A DNA stretch of 64,000 nt, from the NCBI RefSeq assembly GCF_003334335.1, contig NZ_QOWQ01000013.1; one strand, given 5' to 3'. The position numbers and the translations under genes are program-made. Below, one piece after another: positions 29,137-40,021 of the stretch. Every line of letters begins with the position of its first letter. The stretch's first letter is position 1. The notes below the pieces were generated by a model that searched no databases, was not told where the DNA came from, and saw nothing but the letters and a program-made list of their open reading frames with translations. The DNA is from Escherichia coli. Lineage in GTDB: Bacteria; Pseudomonadota; Gammaproteobacteria; Enterobacterales; Enterobacteriaceae.

Positions 29137-29976
29137 TTGAAAAAGCGCATCACCTTTATCGTTTTTCTTTGCGCCATCGTGGCGGTGAGCCTGTTTTTTG
29201 TGCAATCCTGCGTCCGTAAAAGCCAGCATGTCGCAGGGTTTCAGAATTATCAGGCCACTATCGATGGTAAAGAGATTACAGGAGTAACTAAAAATATCTC
29301 CTCACTGACCTGGTCAGCGCAGAGCAATACCTTATTTAGCACTATCAACAAACCTGCAACCATCGTTGAAATGACGACCGAGGGCGACTTGATCCGCACC
29401 ATTCCGCTCGATTTTGTTAAGGATCTCGAGACGATTGAATACATTGGTGATAATAAATTTGTCATCAGTGATGAACGTGACTACGCCATTTATGTGATTT
29501 CACTTAACGCTGAGTCGGAAGTAAGCATCCTCAAAAAAATTAAAATCCCATTGCAGGAAACACCAACTAACTGTGGCTTTGAAGGGCTGGCTTACTCCTC
29601 TCAGGACCATACCTTCTGGTTTTTTAAAGAGAAAAATCCGATAGAGGTCTACAAAGTAACCGGGCTATTGCGTAGCGATGAGTTGCATATCAGCAAAGAT
29701 AAAGCGTTGCAGCGTCAGTTTACTTTAGACGATGTTTCTGGCGCGGAATTTAACCCACAGAAAAATACGTTGCTGGTGTTGTCACATGAGTCACGCGCCC
29801 TGCAGGAAGTGACCGTGACAGGTGACGTGATCGGCGAAATGTCGTTAACCAAAGGCAAGTATGGCCTTTCACACAACATCAAGCAGGCGGAAGGGATAGC
29901 GATGGATGACAGCGGCAACATTTATATCGTTGGTGAACCGAATCTTTTTTATCGCTTTACGTCGACAAAATCATGA
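29137..29976 (+). CDS. yjiK: SdiA-regulated-domain protein YjiK (beta-propeller-like)
   Basis: 279-aa ORF with TTG start and N-terminal signal/TM segment; recognised as YjiK. Confidence 0.8.
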   Translation: MKKRITFIVFLCAIVAVSLFFVQSCVRKSQHVAGFQNYQATIDGKEITGVTKNISSLTWSAQSNTLFSTINKPATIVEMTTEGDLIRTIPLDFVKDLETIEYIGDNKFVISDERDYAIYVISLNAESEVSILKKIKIPLQETPTNCGFEGLAYSSQDHTFWFFKEKNPIEVYKVTGLLRSDELHISKDKALQRQFTLDDVSGAEFNPQKNTLLVLSHESRALQEVTVTGDVIGEMSLTKGKYGLSHNIKQAEGIAMDDSGNIYIVGEPNLFYRFTSTKS

Positions 29977-30046
29977 TAACAGTCTGGCAGGTTCTCCTTT
30001 TTTGTTATTAACTTGTTAACTCAAAATAATACAAACTAGGCAGAAC

Positions 30047-31225
30047 ATGAATTCGACATCGCATCCCGTAGAACGTTTTTCTTTCAGCACCGCGTTATTC
30101 GGGATGCTGGTTCTGACCTTAGGTATGGGTTTAGGCCGCTTTCTCTATACGCCGATGCTGCCAGTCATGCTGGCGGAAGGCGAGTTTTCCTTTAGCGAAC
30201 TCTCATGGATCGCCAGCGGTAACTATGCCGGGTATCTGGCGGGGAGCCTGCTGTTTTCATTCGGCGCGTTTCATTTACCCTCACGCCTGCGCCCGTTCTT
30301 GTTAGCTTCCGCTCTCGCAACCGGATTATTAATCCTCGCGATGGCGTGGCTGCCGCCGTTTCTTCTGGTTTTCATCATTCGCTTTCTGGCGGGAGTCGCC
30401 AGCGCCGGGATGTTGATTTTCGGCTCAACGCTCATCATGCAGCATACTCGTCATCCCTTTGTCCTTGCGGCGCTATTTTCTGGTGTTGGCGTCGGCATCG
30501 CTCTGGGCAATGAATATGTGCTGGCAGGCCTGCATTTTGCCCTCTCTTCACAAACGTTGTGGCAAGGTGCCGGAGCACTTTCTGCCATTATATTGCTTGC
30601 TCTGGCGCTGCTCATCCCGTCGAATAAACACGTTATCCCGCCAGCGCCATTGGCAAAAATCGCGCAACAACCCATGAGCTGGTGGTTACTGGCGATTTTG
30701 TATGGTCTGGCGGGTTTTGGTTATATCATCGTCGCCACCTACCTGCCGCTCATGGCGAAAGACGCGGGCCAGCCTGTGCTGACGGCTCACCTTTGGACAC
30801 TGGTTGGCTTGTCGATTGTCCCTGGTTGCTTTGGCTGGCTGTGGGCAGCCAAACGGTGGGGAGCATTACCTTGCCTGACCGCGAATTTGCTGGTGCAGGC
30901 GATCTGCGTGCTGTTAACCCTCGCCAGCAGCTCTCCTTTATTACTCATCATCAGCAGTATTGGTTTTGGCGGCACCTTTATGGGGACGACCTCGCTGGTG
31001 ATGACCATCGCCCGCCAGCTTAGCGTGCCGGGAAATCTCAACCTTTTGGGCTTTGTGACACTCATTTATGGTATCGGGCAAATTCTTGGCCCGGCGCTGA
31101 CCAGCATGCTCGGCAACGGAACGTCGGCCCTCGCCAGTGCCACGCTCTGCGGCGCGGCGGCGCTATTTATCGCAGCATTAATCTGCGGGATGCAAATATT
31201 CAAATTGCATACGAATGATTCTTAA
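30047..31225 (+). CDS. yjiJ: MFS-family transporter YjiJ
   Basis: 392-aa hydrophobic ORF, about 12 TM segments. Confidence 0.85.
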   Translation: MNSTSHPVERFSFSTALFGMLVLTLGMGLGRFLYTPMLPVMLAEGEFSFSELSWIASGNYAGYLAGSLLFSFGAFHLPSRLRPFLLASALATGLLILAMAWLPPFLLVFIIRFLAGVASAGMLIFGSTLIMQHTRHPFVLAALFSGVGVGIALGNEYVLAGLHFALSSQTLWQGAGALSAIILLALALLIPSNKHVIPPAPLAKIAQQPMSWWLLAILYGLAGFGYIIVATYLPLMAKDAGQPVLTAHLWTLVGLSIVPGCFGWLWAAKRWGALPCLTANLLVQAICVLLTLASSSPLLLIISSIGFGGTFMGTTSLVMTIARQLSVPGNLNLLGFVTLIYGIGQILGPALTSMLGNGTSALASATLCGAAALFIAALICGMQIFKLHTNDS

Positions 31226-31435
31226 GTAATTTAACGAATTTAACTTTTCAGTACATCACGTAAAATAATTAAAACATCCTTTTTCTTTGGAGGTACTCAA
31301 CCACCGCCGTTATTAATCCTGGTTTAGCAATTCCACGGCTAACTCATTATTTCTGGTCATATTATAGTCAGGATCGCATTATATCTCCGTGCTAGAAAAA
31401 ACAAGTTTAATTCTGTTTTTTCACGGAAGGTCACT

Positions 31436-34400
31436 ATGGCTTCAACAAATGCGCATCAAATAAAAAATAATGATCAAAACTCTTTATGTGGTCTGGGTGA
31501 CAAAATACGCCGCCTGACCGCCGGAGTTTGTTTATTTACACAAATTTTTTTCCCCGTCATGGCGACGGCACAAAATGTGGTACACGCTAAGCCTCAGACG
31601 ACAGTTTCATCTCCGTCCCCTCTAATAGAAAATAATACTGTGCCTTACACGCTTGGTGCGCTGGAATCAGCGCAAAGCGTTGCTGATCGATTCGGTATTT
31701 CACTGGAGGAGCTTCGTCGTCTTAATCAGTTCCGTACTTTTGCTCGCGGCTTTGATAACGTGCGCCAGGGTGAAGAGCTGGATGTTCCGGCAACAACCTT
31801 GCAGAAAAGTCATGAGCAACAAAATGCCGTACCGCCTGCGAATGGCGAAAACACGCTGGAGAATCAAATAGCCAGCACTTCGCAGCGAGTTGGCACCCTG
31901 CTTTCACAAGATATGAATAGTGAGCAGGCCAGCGGCATGGCGCGTGGTTGGGCGTCTTCAGAAGCCTCAGGCGCGATGACTGATTGGTTAAATAACTTTG
32001 GCACTGCGAAAATCTCTCTGGGTGTGGATGAAGATTTCAGCCTGAAAAATTCGCAATTCGACTTCCTGCATCCGTGGTATGACACACCCGATTATCTGCT
32101 CTTCAGCCAGCATACCCTTCACCGAACAGACGATCGTACCCAGATCAACACCGGTTTGGGCTGGCGTCATTTCACCCCCAGCTGGATGTCAGGCATCAAC
32201 CTGTTTTTTGACCACGACCTGAGCCGCTATCACTCCCGCGCGGGGCTTGGCGCAGAATACTGGCGTGATTATCTGAAGTTGAGCAGCAACGCTTATATCG
32301 GCCTGACCGGCTGGCGTAGCGCACCGGAATTGGATAATGACTACGAAGCCCGCCCGGCCAACGGCTGGGATTTACGCGCGGAAGGCTGGTTACCAGCCTG
32401 GCCACAACTGGGTGGAAAACTGGTCTATGAACAATACTATGGTGATGAAGTGGCGCTGTTTGACAAGAATGATCGCCAAAGTAATCCCCATGCTATTACC
32501 GCGGGCCTCAACTATACCCCCTTCCCGCTTCTGACTCTCAGTGCAGAACAGCGTCAGGGGAAGCAAGGTGAAAATGACACACGTTTTGCCGTTGATCTGA
32601 CCTGGCAACCCAGCAGTTCAATGCAGAAACAGCTTAACCCGGACGAAGTGGCCGGACGGCGCAGTCTGGCCGGTAGTCGTTATGACCTGATTGATCGCAA
32701 CAACAACATCGTTCTGGAATATCGCAAGAAAGAGCTGATTCGCCTGAGTCTGCTGGATCCGGTGAAAGGAAAGTCTGGAGAAATAAAACCGCTGGTTTCC
32801 TCGATACAGACCAAATATGCCCTGAAAGGCTATAACATCGAAGCCGCTGCGCTGGAAGCTGCCGGAGGTAAAGTCAGCACGTCTGGAAAAGATATCACGG
32901 TCACGCTGCCAGGTTACCGCTTCACTAACACTCCAGAAACCGATAATACATGGTCGATAGACGTTACCGCCGAGGATGTAAAAGGGAACCTGTCACGTCA
33001 TGAACAAAGCATGGTCGTCATTCAGGCTCCGACATTAAGCCAGAAAGATTCTCTGTTATCCGTTAATCCGCTAACCGTAGCTGCAGATAAAAAATCGACG
33101 ACCACATTGACCGTTACTGCGCACGATTCCGACGGAACTCCGGTGCCGGGGCTGGCGCTGCAAACCCGCAGTGAAGGCGTTCAGGATATCACCCTGTCTG
33201 ACTGGACAGATAACGGTGATGGTAGTTACACACAGATGCTGACCGCCGGAACGACATCAGGTTCAGTAACACTGACGCCGCAAATTAACGGTGAGAGTGC
33301 GGTAAAAGAATCCATTGTCGTTAATATCGTCCCTGTTGTCTCATCCCGCGACCATTCATCAATAACAATAGATAACGTATCGTATTATGCCGGAGACGAC
33401 ATCAAGGTTAGGGTGGAACTGAAAGACGACAGCAATCAACCGGTTGCATATCAAAAAGAGGAATTGGTAAAAGCCGTTACTGTCGAAAACAGCAAACCTG
33501 GCGCCACGATTGTCTGGCACGAAGAGCAGCCTGGCGTTTATACCGCGAATTATCCGGCCCATAAGCAAGGGACAGCACTAAGGGCACAACTTAGCCTTCA
33601 CAACTGGAATGCTCCACTGCAATCGCATATTTATAACATTGAGGCAAACCAGAATAAGGCTCGCGTCGCCACATTATCAGCGACGAATAATGACGTTTAC
33701 GCCGATAAAAAGACATTTAATACCCTCACGATCAACATCACTGATGAGAGTGATAATCCCCTGACAAATCATCAGGTCACCTTTAAGAATGAAAAAGGAA
33801 GCGCGGAGTTTGTCGAACCGCCGCAGCAAAATACGGATGCATATGGTGTTGCCACAATCAACATGGTAAGTCAGGTTGCGGAAGAAAATACGATTAGCGC
33901 CACGCTGCCAAATGGTTTCTCACAACGGATAATTGCGAAATTCGTTAGCGATTCGAGTACGCCAAAATTCAAACAACTGGTTGCCGATCCAGATACCATT
34001 ATTGCTGGCAACAGCCAGGGCAGTACTCTGACCGCCACCGTCACAGACTTTCATAACAACCCATTAAAAGATATGAAAGTGAATTTTGTGGCACCTGGTG
34101 GTTCGCAACTGGACAACACGACCGCCACAACAGACCAGTCCGGTATTGTGCGAGTGCACCTGACCAGTTCAAAAGCTGGTAGCTATTCCGTCGATGCCTC
34201 GCTTGAGGCGGATAAAAATATTCACCAGTCGGTCACGATCACCGTGGTCCCAAACAGGGAACAATCGGTAATGACCTTAAATGCCGGGTCAGGCAGTGCG
34301 ATCGCTAACAATACAAATACCGTTATCCTGACAGCCAGTGTGAAAGATGTTTATGGACACCCGTTGCCGGATGAGGATGTGAAATTTACCTTGCTAGCCT

Positions 34401-36676
34401 CTATGACCGGGAACTTCACGCTAAGTAGTGAAAGCGCCCGCACCGATGCAAACGGCGATGCCGTGGTCACATTGCGTGGCACAAAAGCGGGTGAGTTTAC
34501 AGTTACGGCGACGCTGACCAGAAATAATACCGTTGCTCATCAGCAAGTCACTTTTATTGGGGATACAAACAGCGCGCAGCTCCAGCCGCTGACTGCCTCA
34601 TTAAATACCATTGTTGCGGGTAACAGTACGGGGAGTACCCTGACTGCAACGATCCTGGACGCTTACCAAAATCCGCTTAAAGACCAGCTGGTCACTTTCC
34701 AGAGTAACGATGTCACTCTAAGTGGAACAGAAGTCACCACCAATACACTGGGTCAGGCGACGGTAACAATGACCAGCAATATTGCCGGGCAACATAACGT
34801 CGTGGTGAGCCGGAAAGCGCAAGCCTCCGATAATAAAACGTTTAGTTTATCAGTGCTGCCGGATGAAAGTTCGGCGAAGGTAATAAGTATAACCGGAGCC
34901 GAAAAAACGATAACGGTTGGCGAAAACATCACGCTACGGATACTCGTCCAGGACGCGTTTAACAATGTAATAGCGGGTCAACGCGTCAGATTAAGTGCGC
35001 AGCCAACAGCTAACATTACGATAGGCGATACGGCTTACACTGATAATAACGGTTACGCGTACGTTAACCTTCTCAGCACCCAGCCTGGGGTTTATCAGGT
35101 GACGGCAACGCTGGACAATAACAGTAGTAGTAAGGTTGACGTGAATGTGGCAAATGGCAAGCTCGAGTTAACATCATCGAAGCCAGAAACCACGGTCCAT
35201 AACAGTGAAGGTATTACGCTGACCGCAACGGCGAGAAATGCTCGGGATGAATTAATGCCTGGACAAATTATCACCTTTAGCGTAACGCCTGAAGGTGCAA
35301 CGCTAAGCAATACAGGGGAAGTCCTTACTGACCAGTATGGTCAGGCCAAAGTGACGCTGACCAGTGACAAAGTGAATGTCTATACCGTTACGGCCACAAT
35401 GGGCAAAGATGTTCCCGTTCAGAGCCAGGTAACGGTTGCGGTTAAGGCAGATGCTAAAACGGCACATGTTGTGAGCGTCGTGGCCTCTCCTGACACCATC
35501 ACCGCCGACGGCGTTGATAGCAGCACCATCACTTCACGAGTAGAAGATGATTACGGATTCCCGGTTGAAGGTGTCGATGTTCGTTACGCCTTAGACACCA
35601 AAGGTCGCCCGGTAGTTAATATTCCAACTACGCGTACCGATCAGTCCGGGCAAGTCACGGCGACAATAACCAGTACATTGGCAGAAACCTTAACGGTCAA
35701 TGTGCAAGTTCCTGGTACAGCCAACCAATCCGCAACCATTACCTTGATTGCCGACACGGCGGATGAAAGTAAGTCAATTTTGAAATCCGACGTTGGCACT
35801 CTGATGGCTGACTACCAGCATAGCGCGAAACTTACGCTAACATTGCAAGACAAGTACGGTAACCCGATAGTGACGTCTGATCATCTGGAATTTGTCCAGT
35901 CAGGTCCCTTCGTGAACTTTCTCAAGTTGAGTGATATTGATTACAGCCAAAGAAATTATGGCGAGTACACCGTGACTGTCACTGGCGGAAAAGAGGGAAC
36001 AGCGACTCTCATTCCCATGCTGAACGGGGTTCATCAGGCAAACTTAAGCGTATCGCTGAATCTCATCCGCTCGATAAAAGAAATGTCCGGTCATGTCACT
36101 GCAAACAACCATACCTTCTCCACGGCTAAATTCCCGAGCGAAGGTTTTGCAGGAGCGTATTACACACTCAACAATGATAACTTTGAAGCGGGTAAAACCG
36201 TTGATGATTATATGTTTTCAAGTTCACAGAGTTGGGTGTCGGTCGATGCTTCAGGTAAGGTTTCTTTCGCAAATATCGGCGATCAAACGTCAGTCACAAT
36301 AAGCGCTGTTCCCCGACAAGGAGGTACAACCTACCAGACCTTAATTAAGCTGAAAGGCTGGTGGGTAAATAATGGAAATCAAACCAATATTTGGCTAGCT
36401 GCCAATGCGCTCTGTCATGCGAAAAATGATGGATATAATCTTCCTGGCATCACACATTTGACGTCTGGCGAAAACCAACGCACGCAGGGATCTCTCTATG
36501 GTGAATGGGGGAACGTTGGAGCGTTTTCCAGTAATTCGCAATTTACACAAGGTGCTTACTGGACAAATGAATCTGATGATTACAATAGGCATTACTATGT
36601 GCAGATGCTAACCGGTATGACCGGAAGCGACGCTGATTCCAGCCCCCAACTGACCGCCTGCCGTAAATCACTTTAA
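31436..36676 (+). CDS. Inverse autotransporter adhesin of the intimin/invasin family (LysM, beta-barrel, multiple Big domains, C-terminal lectin-like domain)
   Basis: 1746-aa ORF; N-terminal LysM-like YTLGALESAQSVADRFGISLEELRRLNQF; intimin-type beta-domain (GLGWRHF...AEYW...GLNYTP); many Ig-like repeats of about 95-100 aa (TLTATV, VTVTAT patterns); Cys-containing C-terminal domain. Confidence 0.8.
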   Translation: MASTNAHQIKNNDQNSLCGLGDKIRRLTAGVCLFTQIFFPVMATAQNVVHAKPQTTVSSPSPLIENNTVPYTLGALESAQSVADRFGISLEELRRLNQFRTFARGFDNVRQGEELDVPATTLQKSHEQQNAVPPANGENTLENQIASTSQRVGTLLSQDMNSEQASGMARGWASSEASGAMTDWLNNFGTAKISLGVDEDFSLKNSQFDFLHPWYDTPDYLLFSQHTLHRTDDRTQINTGLGWRHFTPSWMSGINLFFDHDLSRYHSRAGLGAEYWRDYLKLSSNAYIGLTGWRSAPELDNDYEARPANGWDLRAEGWLPAWPQLGGKLVYEQYYGDEVALFDKNDRQSNPHAITAGLNYTPFPLLTLSAEQRQGKQGENDTRFAVDLTWQPSSSMQKQLNPDEVAGRRSLAGSRYDLIDRNNNIVLEYRKKELIRLSLLDPVKGKSGEIKPLVSSIQTKYALKGYNIEAAALEAAGGKVSTSGKDITVTLPGYRFTNTPETDNTWSIDVTAEDVKGNLSRHEQSMVVIQAPTLSQKDSLLSVNPLTVAADKKSTTTLTVTAHDSDGTPVPGLALQTRSEGVQDITLSDWTDNGDGSYTQMLTAGTTSGSVTLTPQINGESAVKESIVVNIVPVVSSRDHSSITIDNVSYYAGDDIKVRVELKDDSNQPVAYQKEELVKAVTVENSKPGATIVWHEEQPGVYTANYPAHKQGTALRAQLSLHNWNAPLQSHIYNIEANQNKARVATLSATNNDVYADKKTFNTLTINITDESDNPLTNHQVTFKNEKGSAEFVEPPQQNTDAYGVATINMVSQVAEENTISATLPNGFSQRIIAKFVSDSSTPKFKQLVADPDTIIAGNSQGSTLTATVTDFHNNPLKDMKVNFVAPGGSQLDNTTATTDQSGIVRVHLTSSKAGSYSVDASLEADKNIHQSVTITVVPNREQSVMTLNAGSGSAIANNTNTVILTASVKDVYGHPLPDEDVKFTLLASMTGNFTLSSESARTDANGDAVVTLRGTKAGEFTVTATLTRNNTVAHQQVTFIGDTNSAQLQPLTASLNTIVAGNSTGSTLTATILDAYQNPLKDQLVTFQSNDVTLSGTEVTTNTLGQATVTMTSNIAGQHNVVVSRKAQASDNKTFSLSVLPDESSAKVISITGAEKTITVGENITLRILVQDAFNNVIAGQRVRLSAQPTANITIGDTAYTDNNGYAYVNLLSTQPGVYQVTATLDNNSSSKVDVNVANGKLELTSSKPETTVHNSEGITLTATARNARDELMPGQIITFSVTPEGATLSNTGEVLTDQYGQAKVTLTSDKVNVYTVTATMGKDVPVQSQVTVAVKADAKTAHVVSVVASPDTITADGVDSSTITSRVEDDYGFPVEGVDVRYALDTKGRPVVNIPTTRTDQSGQVTATITSTLAETLTVNVQVPGTANQSATITLIADTADESKSILKSDVGTLMADYQHSAKLTLTLQDKYGNPIVTSDHLEFVQSGPFVNFLKLSDIDYSQRNYGEYTVTVTGGKEGTATLIPMLNGVHQANLSVSLNLIRSIKEMSGHVTANNHTFSTAKFPSEGFAGAYYTLNNDNFEAGKTVDDYMFSSSQSWVSVDASGKVSFANIGDQTSVTISAVPRQGGTTYQTLIKLKGWWVNNGNQTNIWLAANALCHAKNDGYNLPGITHLTSGENQRTQGSLYGEWGNVGAFSSNSQFTQGAYWTNESDDYNRHYYVQMLTGMTGSDADSSPQLTACRKSL

Positions 36677-36745
36677 TTTTAGTAGGTTATTAAGGATACC
36701 CTTGTGCGAGGGTATCCTTTCAGACTGATAACAAACGCTACATTA

Positions 36746-36768
36746 CCTGATGCGCTGCGCTTATCAGG
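36746..36768. repeat. REP element
   Basis: cctgatgcgctgcgcttatcagg palindrome. Confidence 0.55.
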
Positions 36769-36796
36769 CCTATATAACCCCTGCAATATATTGAAT

Positions 36797-37381
36797 TTAT
36801 TGTTTTTGTACCCCAGCCGGCATGAACGGCCACTCAAGAAACTCAACAGCAACCGTTGATGTCAGCCAGACCCCGTTTTCCGCTTGCCAGAAAGGGATGC
36901 CTCGTTTCGCCATTTCCTGTGCTTTGACGGTTAAGATAACCGGCGATCCGTGTCTTGCTCCCACTTTGCGTGCCGTTGCTTCATCAGCAGAGAGATGTAC
37001 GTAGTGACGCTCACCTGCAATCAGCCCCTGTTTTTTTATCTCGTCAAGGAAACGGCTTGCCGTACCGTGGTAGAGAAACTGTGGCGGTGTTTTTTCGGCA
37101 AAGGAAATAGCGACCTGCGAAGTCGAATGCCCCTGAACCGCGCGGATGCACCTACCATCACTGGAATAACTAAAACGCTTTTTATCGCTGGTGGCAACCA
37201 CAGTATCCAGCAATGCACGGGTTAACCGCTTGCCCGCTTTTTGGGCACAAAGTATGAGCTTATCGATATCCGCCCATCCTTCACGGTCCAGTACGATACC
37301 AATCGCCTCCGGTTTGTGTCGGAGGACAAAACTTAAAAACTTGCTCGTATCCGCCAGCTCTTTTTCGTTGTACTTTGCCAT
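36797..37381 (-). CDS. kptA: RNA 2'-phosphotransferase KptA (Tpt1 family)
   Basis: ORF 36797..37483; start [25 protein letters not shown] at 37381 chosen by recalled homology. Confidence 0.85.
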   Translation of the reverse strand: MAKYNEKELADTSKFLSFVLRHKPEAIGIVLDREGWADIDKLILCAQKAGKRLTRALLDTVVATSDKKRFSYSSDGRCIRAVQGHSTSQVAISFAEKTPPQFLYHGTASRFLDEIKKQGLIAGERHYVHLSADEATARKVGARHGSPVILTVKAQEMAKRGIPFWQAENGVWLTSTVAVEFLEWPFMPAGVQKQ

Positions 37382-37630
37382 CGCGTTTTCGTCCCTGGAT
37401 TTTCTGTTTTTATTTACTGATGTCATTGTCACTGGGTTTATGAATTTACTGCAACTCAATCCTGCGCAGAACCTTTTCCCCATAGCGTAATTTTTCCGCT
37501 ATGCAAAAAACGCATAGCCAGAAACATACTTGCATTTTCCCCATACCCACATGGCTGATAAGGTTTTTCAGCTCCAGGAATTTTCCTGGCTCAAGCAACA
37601 CACAAACACAAAAAAACAATGGGGATTGTT

Positions 37631-38314
37631 ATGACACAACAAGGGGATGCTGTAGCCGGGGAGCTGGCGACAGAAAAAGTGGGCATTAAAGGGTATCTGG
37701 CTTTTTTTCTCACCATAATCTTTTTCTCCGGTGTTTTTTCCGGGACAGACAGTTGGTGGCGCGTTTTTGATTTTTCCGTGCTGAACGGATCGTTTGGGCA
37801 ACTGCCTGGTGCGAACGGAGCCACCACCTCGTTTCGCGGCGCGGGTGGCGCGGGGGCTAAAGATGGCTTTCTCTTTGCGCTGGAGCTGGCACCGTCAGTC
37901 ATTCTCTCTCTGGGGATTATTTCAATTACCGATGGTCTTGGCGGATTACGCGCCGCGCAGCAGTTAATGACGCCAGTGCTAAAACCGTTGTTGGGCATTC
38001 CAGGGATCTGCTCGCTGGCGCTGATCGCTAACCTGCAAAACACCGATGCCGCCGCCGGTATGACCAAAGAGCTGGCGCAGGAAGGTGAAATTACCGAACG
38101 CGATAAAGTGATTTTCGCCGCATATCAAACCAGCGGTAGCGCCATTATCACCAACTACTTCTCTTCCGGCGTCGCGGTGTTTGCCTTTCTGGGCACGTCC
38201 GTAATCGTACCTTTAGCAGTCATCCTGGTGTTTAAATTTGTCGGAGCCAACATTTTGCGCGTCTGGCTTAACTTCGAAGAACGTCGCAACCCAACGCAAG
38301 GAGCGCAAGCATGA
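37631..38314 (+). CDS. yjiH: Nucleoside-recognition-domain inner-membrane protein YjiH
   Basis: ORF 37619..38314; start MTQQGDAV at 37631 gives 227 aa. Confidence 0.85.
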   Translation: MTQQGDAVAGELATEKVGIKGYLAFFLTIIFFSGVFSGTDSWWRVFDFSVLNGSFGQLPGANGATTSFRGAGGAGAKDGFLFALELAPSVILSLGIISITDGLGGLRAAQQLMTPVLKPLLGIPGICSLALIANLQNTDAAAGMTKELAQEGEITERDKVIFAAYQTSGSAIITNYFSSGVAVFAFLGTSVIVPLAVILVFKFVGANILRVWLNFEERRNPTQGAQA

Positions 38315-38772
38315 CAACTCAGGTCCGCAAAAACGTCATGGATATGTTTATCGATGGCGCGCGCCGTGGCTTTACTATCGCCACCACCAACCTGCTGCCA
38401 AACGTGGTGATGGCGTTTGTCATCATTCAGGCGCTGAAAATTACCGGCCTGCTCGACTGGGTGGGGCATATCTGTGAACCGGTAATGGCGCTGTGGGGAT
38501 TGCCAGGTGAAGCGGCAACCGTCCTTTTAGCCGCATTAATGAGTATGGGCGGCGCAGTCGGTGTTGCCGCCAGTCTGGCAACCGCTGGCGCATTAACCGG
38601 TCACGATGTCACCGTTTTACTGCCCGCGATGTATTTAATGGGCAACCCGGTGCAAAATGTCGGTCGCTGCCTGGGGACAGCCGAAGTGAATGCCAAATAT
38701 TACCCGCATATCATTACGGTCTGCGTGATTAACGCATTGCTGTCGATCTGGGTTATGCAGCTTATTGTTTAA
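38311..38772 (+). CDS. yjiG: Inner-membrane protein YjiG (SpmB-like)
   Basis: 153-aa ORF overlapping the yjiH stop by 4 nt. Confidence 0.85.
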   Translation: MTTQVRKNVMDMFIDGARRGFTIATTNLLPNVVMAFVIIQALKITGLLDWVGHICEPVMALWGLPGEAATVLLAALMSMGGAVGVAASLATAGALTGHDVTVLLPAMYLMGNPVQNVGRCLGTAEVNAKYYPHIITVCVINALLSIWVMQLIV

Positions 38773-38784
38773 CAAGGAGTTACC

Positions 38785-39957
38785 ATGATTGATTATACCG
38801 CAGCCGGTTTTACCCTGCTGCAGGGAGCGCATTTGTATGCGCCGGAAGATCGGGGAGTTTGCGATGTCCTCGTCGCTAACGGCAAAATTATCGCCGTTGC
38901 CAGTAATATCCCTTCTGACATTGTACCGGACTGCACGGTTGTCGATCTCAGCGGGCAGATCCTCTGCCCAGGTTTTATTGATCAACACGTTCATTTGATT
39001 GGCGGTGGCGGTGAAGCAGGTCCCACGACGCGCACGCCGGAAGTGGCGTTAAGTCCTCTGACGGAAGCGGGCGTCACGTCAGTGGTTGGTCTGCTGGGCA
39101 CTGACTCTATCTCTCGCCACCCGGAATCCCTGCTCGCCAAGACCCGTGCGCTCAATGAAGAAGGTATCAGCGCCTGGATGCTGACCGGCGCTTATCATGT
39201 CCCTTCCCGCACTATTACGGGTTCCGTGGAAAAAGACGTGGCGATTATCGATCGCGTGATTGGTGTGAAATGCGCCATCTCTGATCACCGTTCTGCCGCA
39301 CCGGACGTTTATCACCTGGCTAATATGGCGGCGGAATCCCGCGTTGGCGGTTTGCTCGGCGGCAAACCTGGCGTCACCGTGTTCCACATGGGCGACAGCA
39401 AAAAGGCGTTACAGCCTGTCTATGACCTGCTGGAAAACAGCGATGTGCCGATCAGCAAGCTGCTGCCGACCCACGTTAACCGCAACGTTCCGTTGTTTGA
39501 GCAGGCGCTTGAGTTTGCGCACAAAGGCGGCACTATCGACATCACCAGCAGCATTGACGAACCGGTCGCCCCTGCCGAAGGTATTGCCCGCGCCGTTCAG
39601 GCCGGTATTCCGCTGGCACGCGTCACCCTCAGCTCCGACGGCAACGGTAGCCAGCCGTTCTTCGATGACGAAGGGAATTTAACCCATATCGGTGTTGCAG
39701 GTTTTGAAACGTTGCTGGAAACCGTGCAGGTGCTGGTTAAAGACTATGATTTCAGTATCAGCGATGCCCTGCGCCCGCTCACCAGTAGCGTAGCCGGTTT
39801 CCTTAACCTGACCGGGAAAGGCGAAATTCTGCCTGGCAATGACGCAGACTTACTGGTCATGACGCCAGAATTGCGCATTGAGCAGGTATACGCTCGCGGC
39901 AAACTGATGGTCAAAGACGGCAAAGCCTGCGTGAAAGGAACGTTTGAAACGGCATAA
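38785..39957 (+). CDS. iadA: Isoaspartyl dipeptidase IadA
   Basis: 390-aa ORF; amidohydrolase HxH motif (DQHVHLIGGGGE). Confidence 0.92.
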   Translation: MIDYTAAGFTLLQGAHLYAPEDRGVCDVLVANGKIIAVASNIPSDIVPDCTVVDLSGQILCPGFIDQHVHLIGGGGEAGPTTRTPEVALSPLTEAGVTSVVGLLGTDSISRHPESLLAKTRALNEEGISAWMLTGAYHVPSRTITGSVEKDVAIIDRVIGVKCAISDHRSAAPDVYHLANMAAESRVGGLLGGKPGVTVFHMGDSKKALQPVYDLLENSDVPISKLLPTHVNRNVPLFEQALEFAHKGGTIDITSSIDEPVAPAEGIARAVQAGIPLARVTLSSDGNGSQPFFDDEGNLTHIGVAGFETLLETVQVLVKDYDFSISDALRPLTSSVAGFLNLTGKGEILPGNDADLLVMTPELRIEQVYARGKLMVKDGKACVKGTFETA

Positions 39958-40021
39958 ACGGTTGTCAGCCGCCCGAATGGACGTAGAATGCCCGCAAGGG
40001 CGGCTGACAGAGTAAAACGTA

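Noticed and set aside
37591-38067. 158-aa minus-strand ORF overlapping yjiH
   Set aside because: Antisense to the conserved membrane-protein gene yjiH; low-complexity Ala/Pro-rich translation.
39964-40008. Long inverted repeat gtcagccgccc...gggcggctgac between iadA and hypT as a terminator
   Set aside because: The loop is about 23 nt with no T-run, so it is not a classic intrinsic terminator; possibly a regulatory or REP-like structure, but unsupported.
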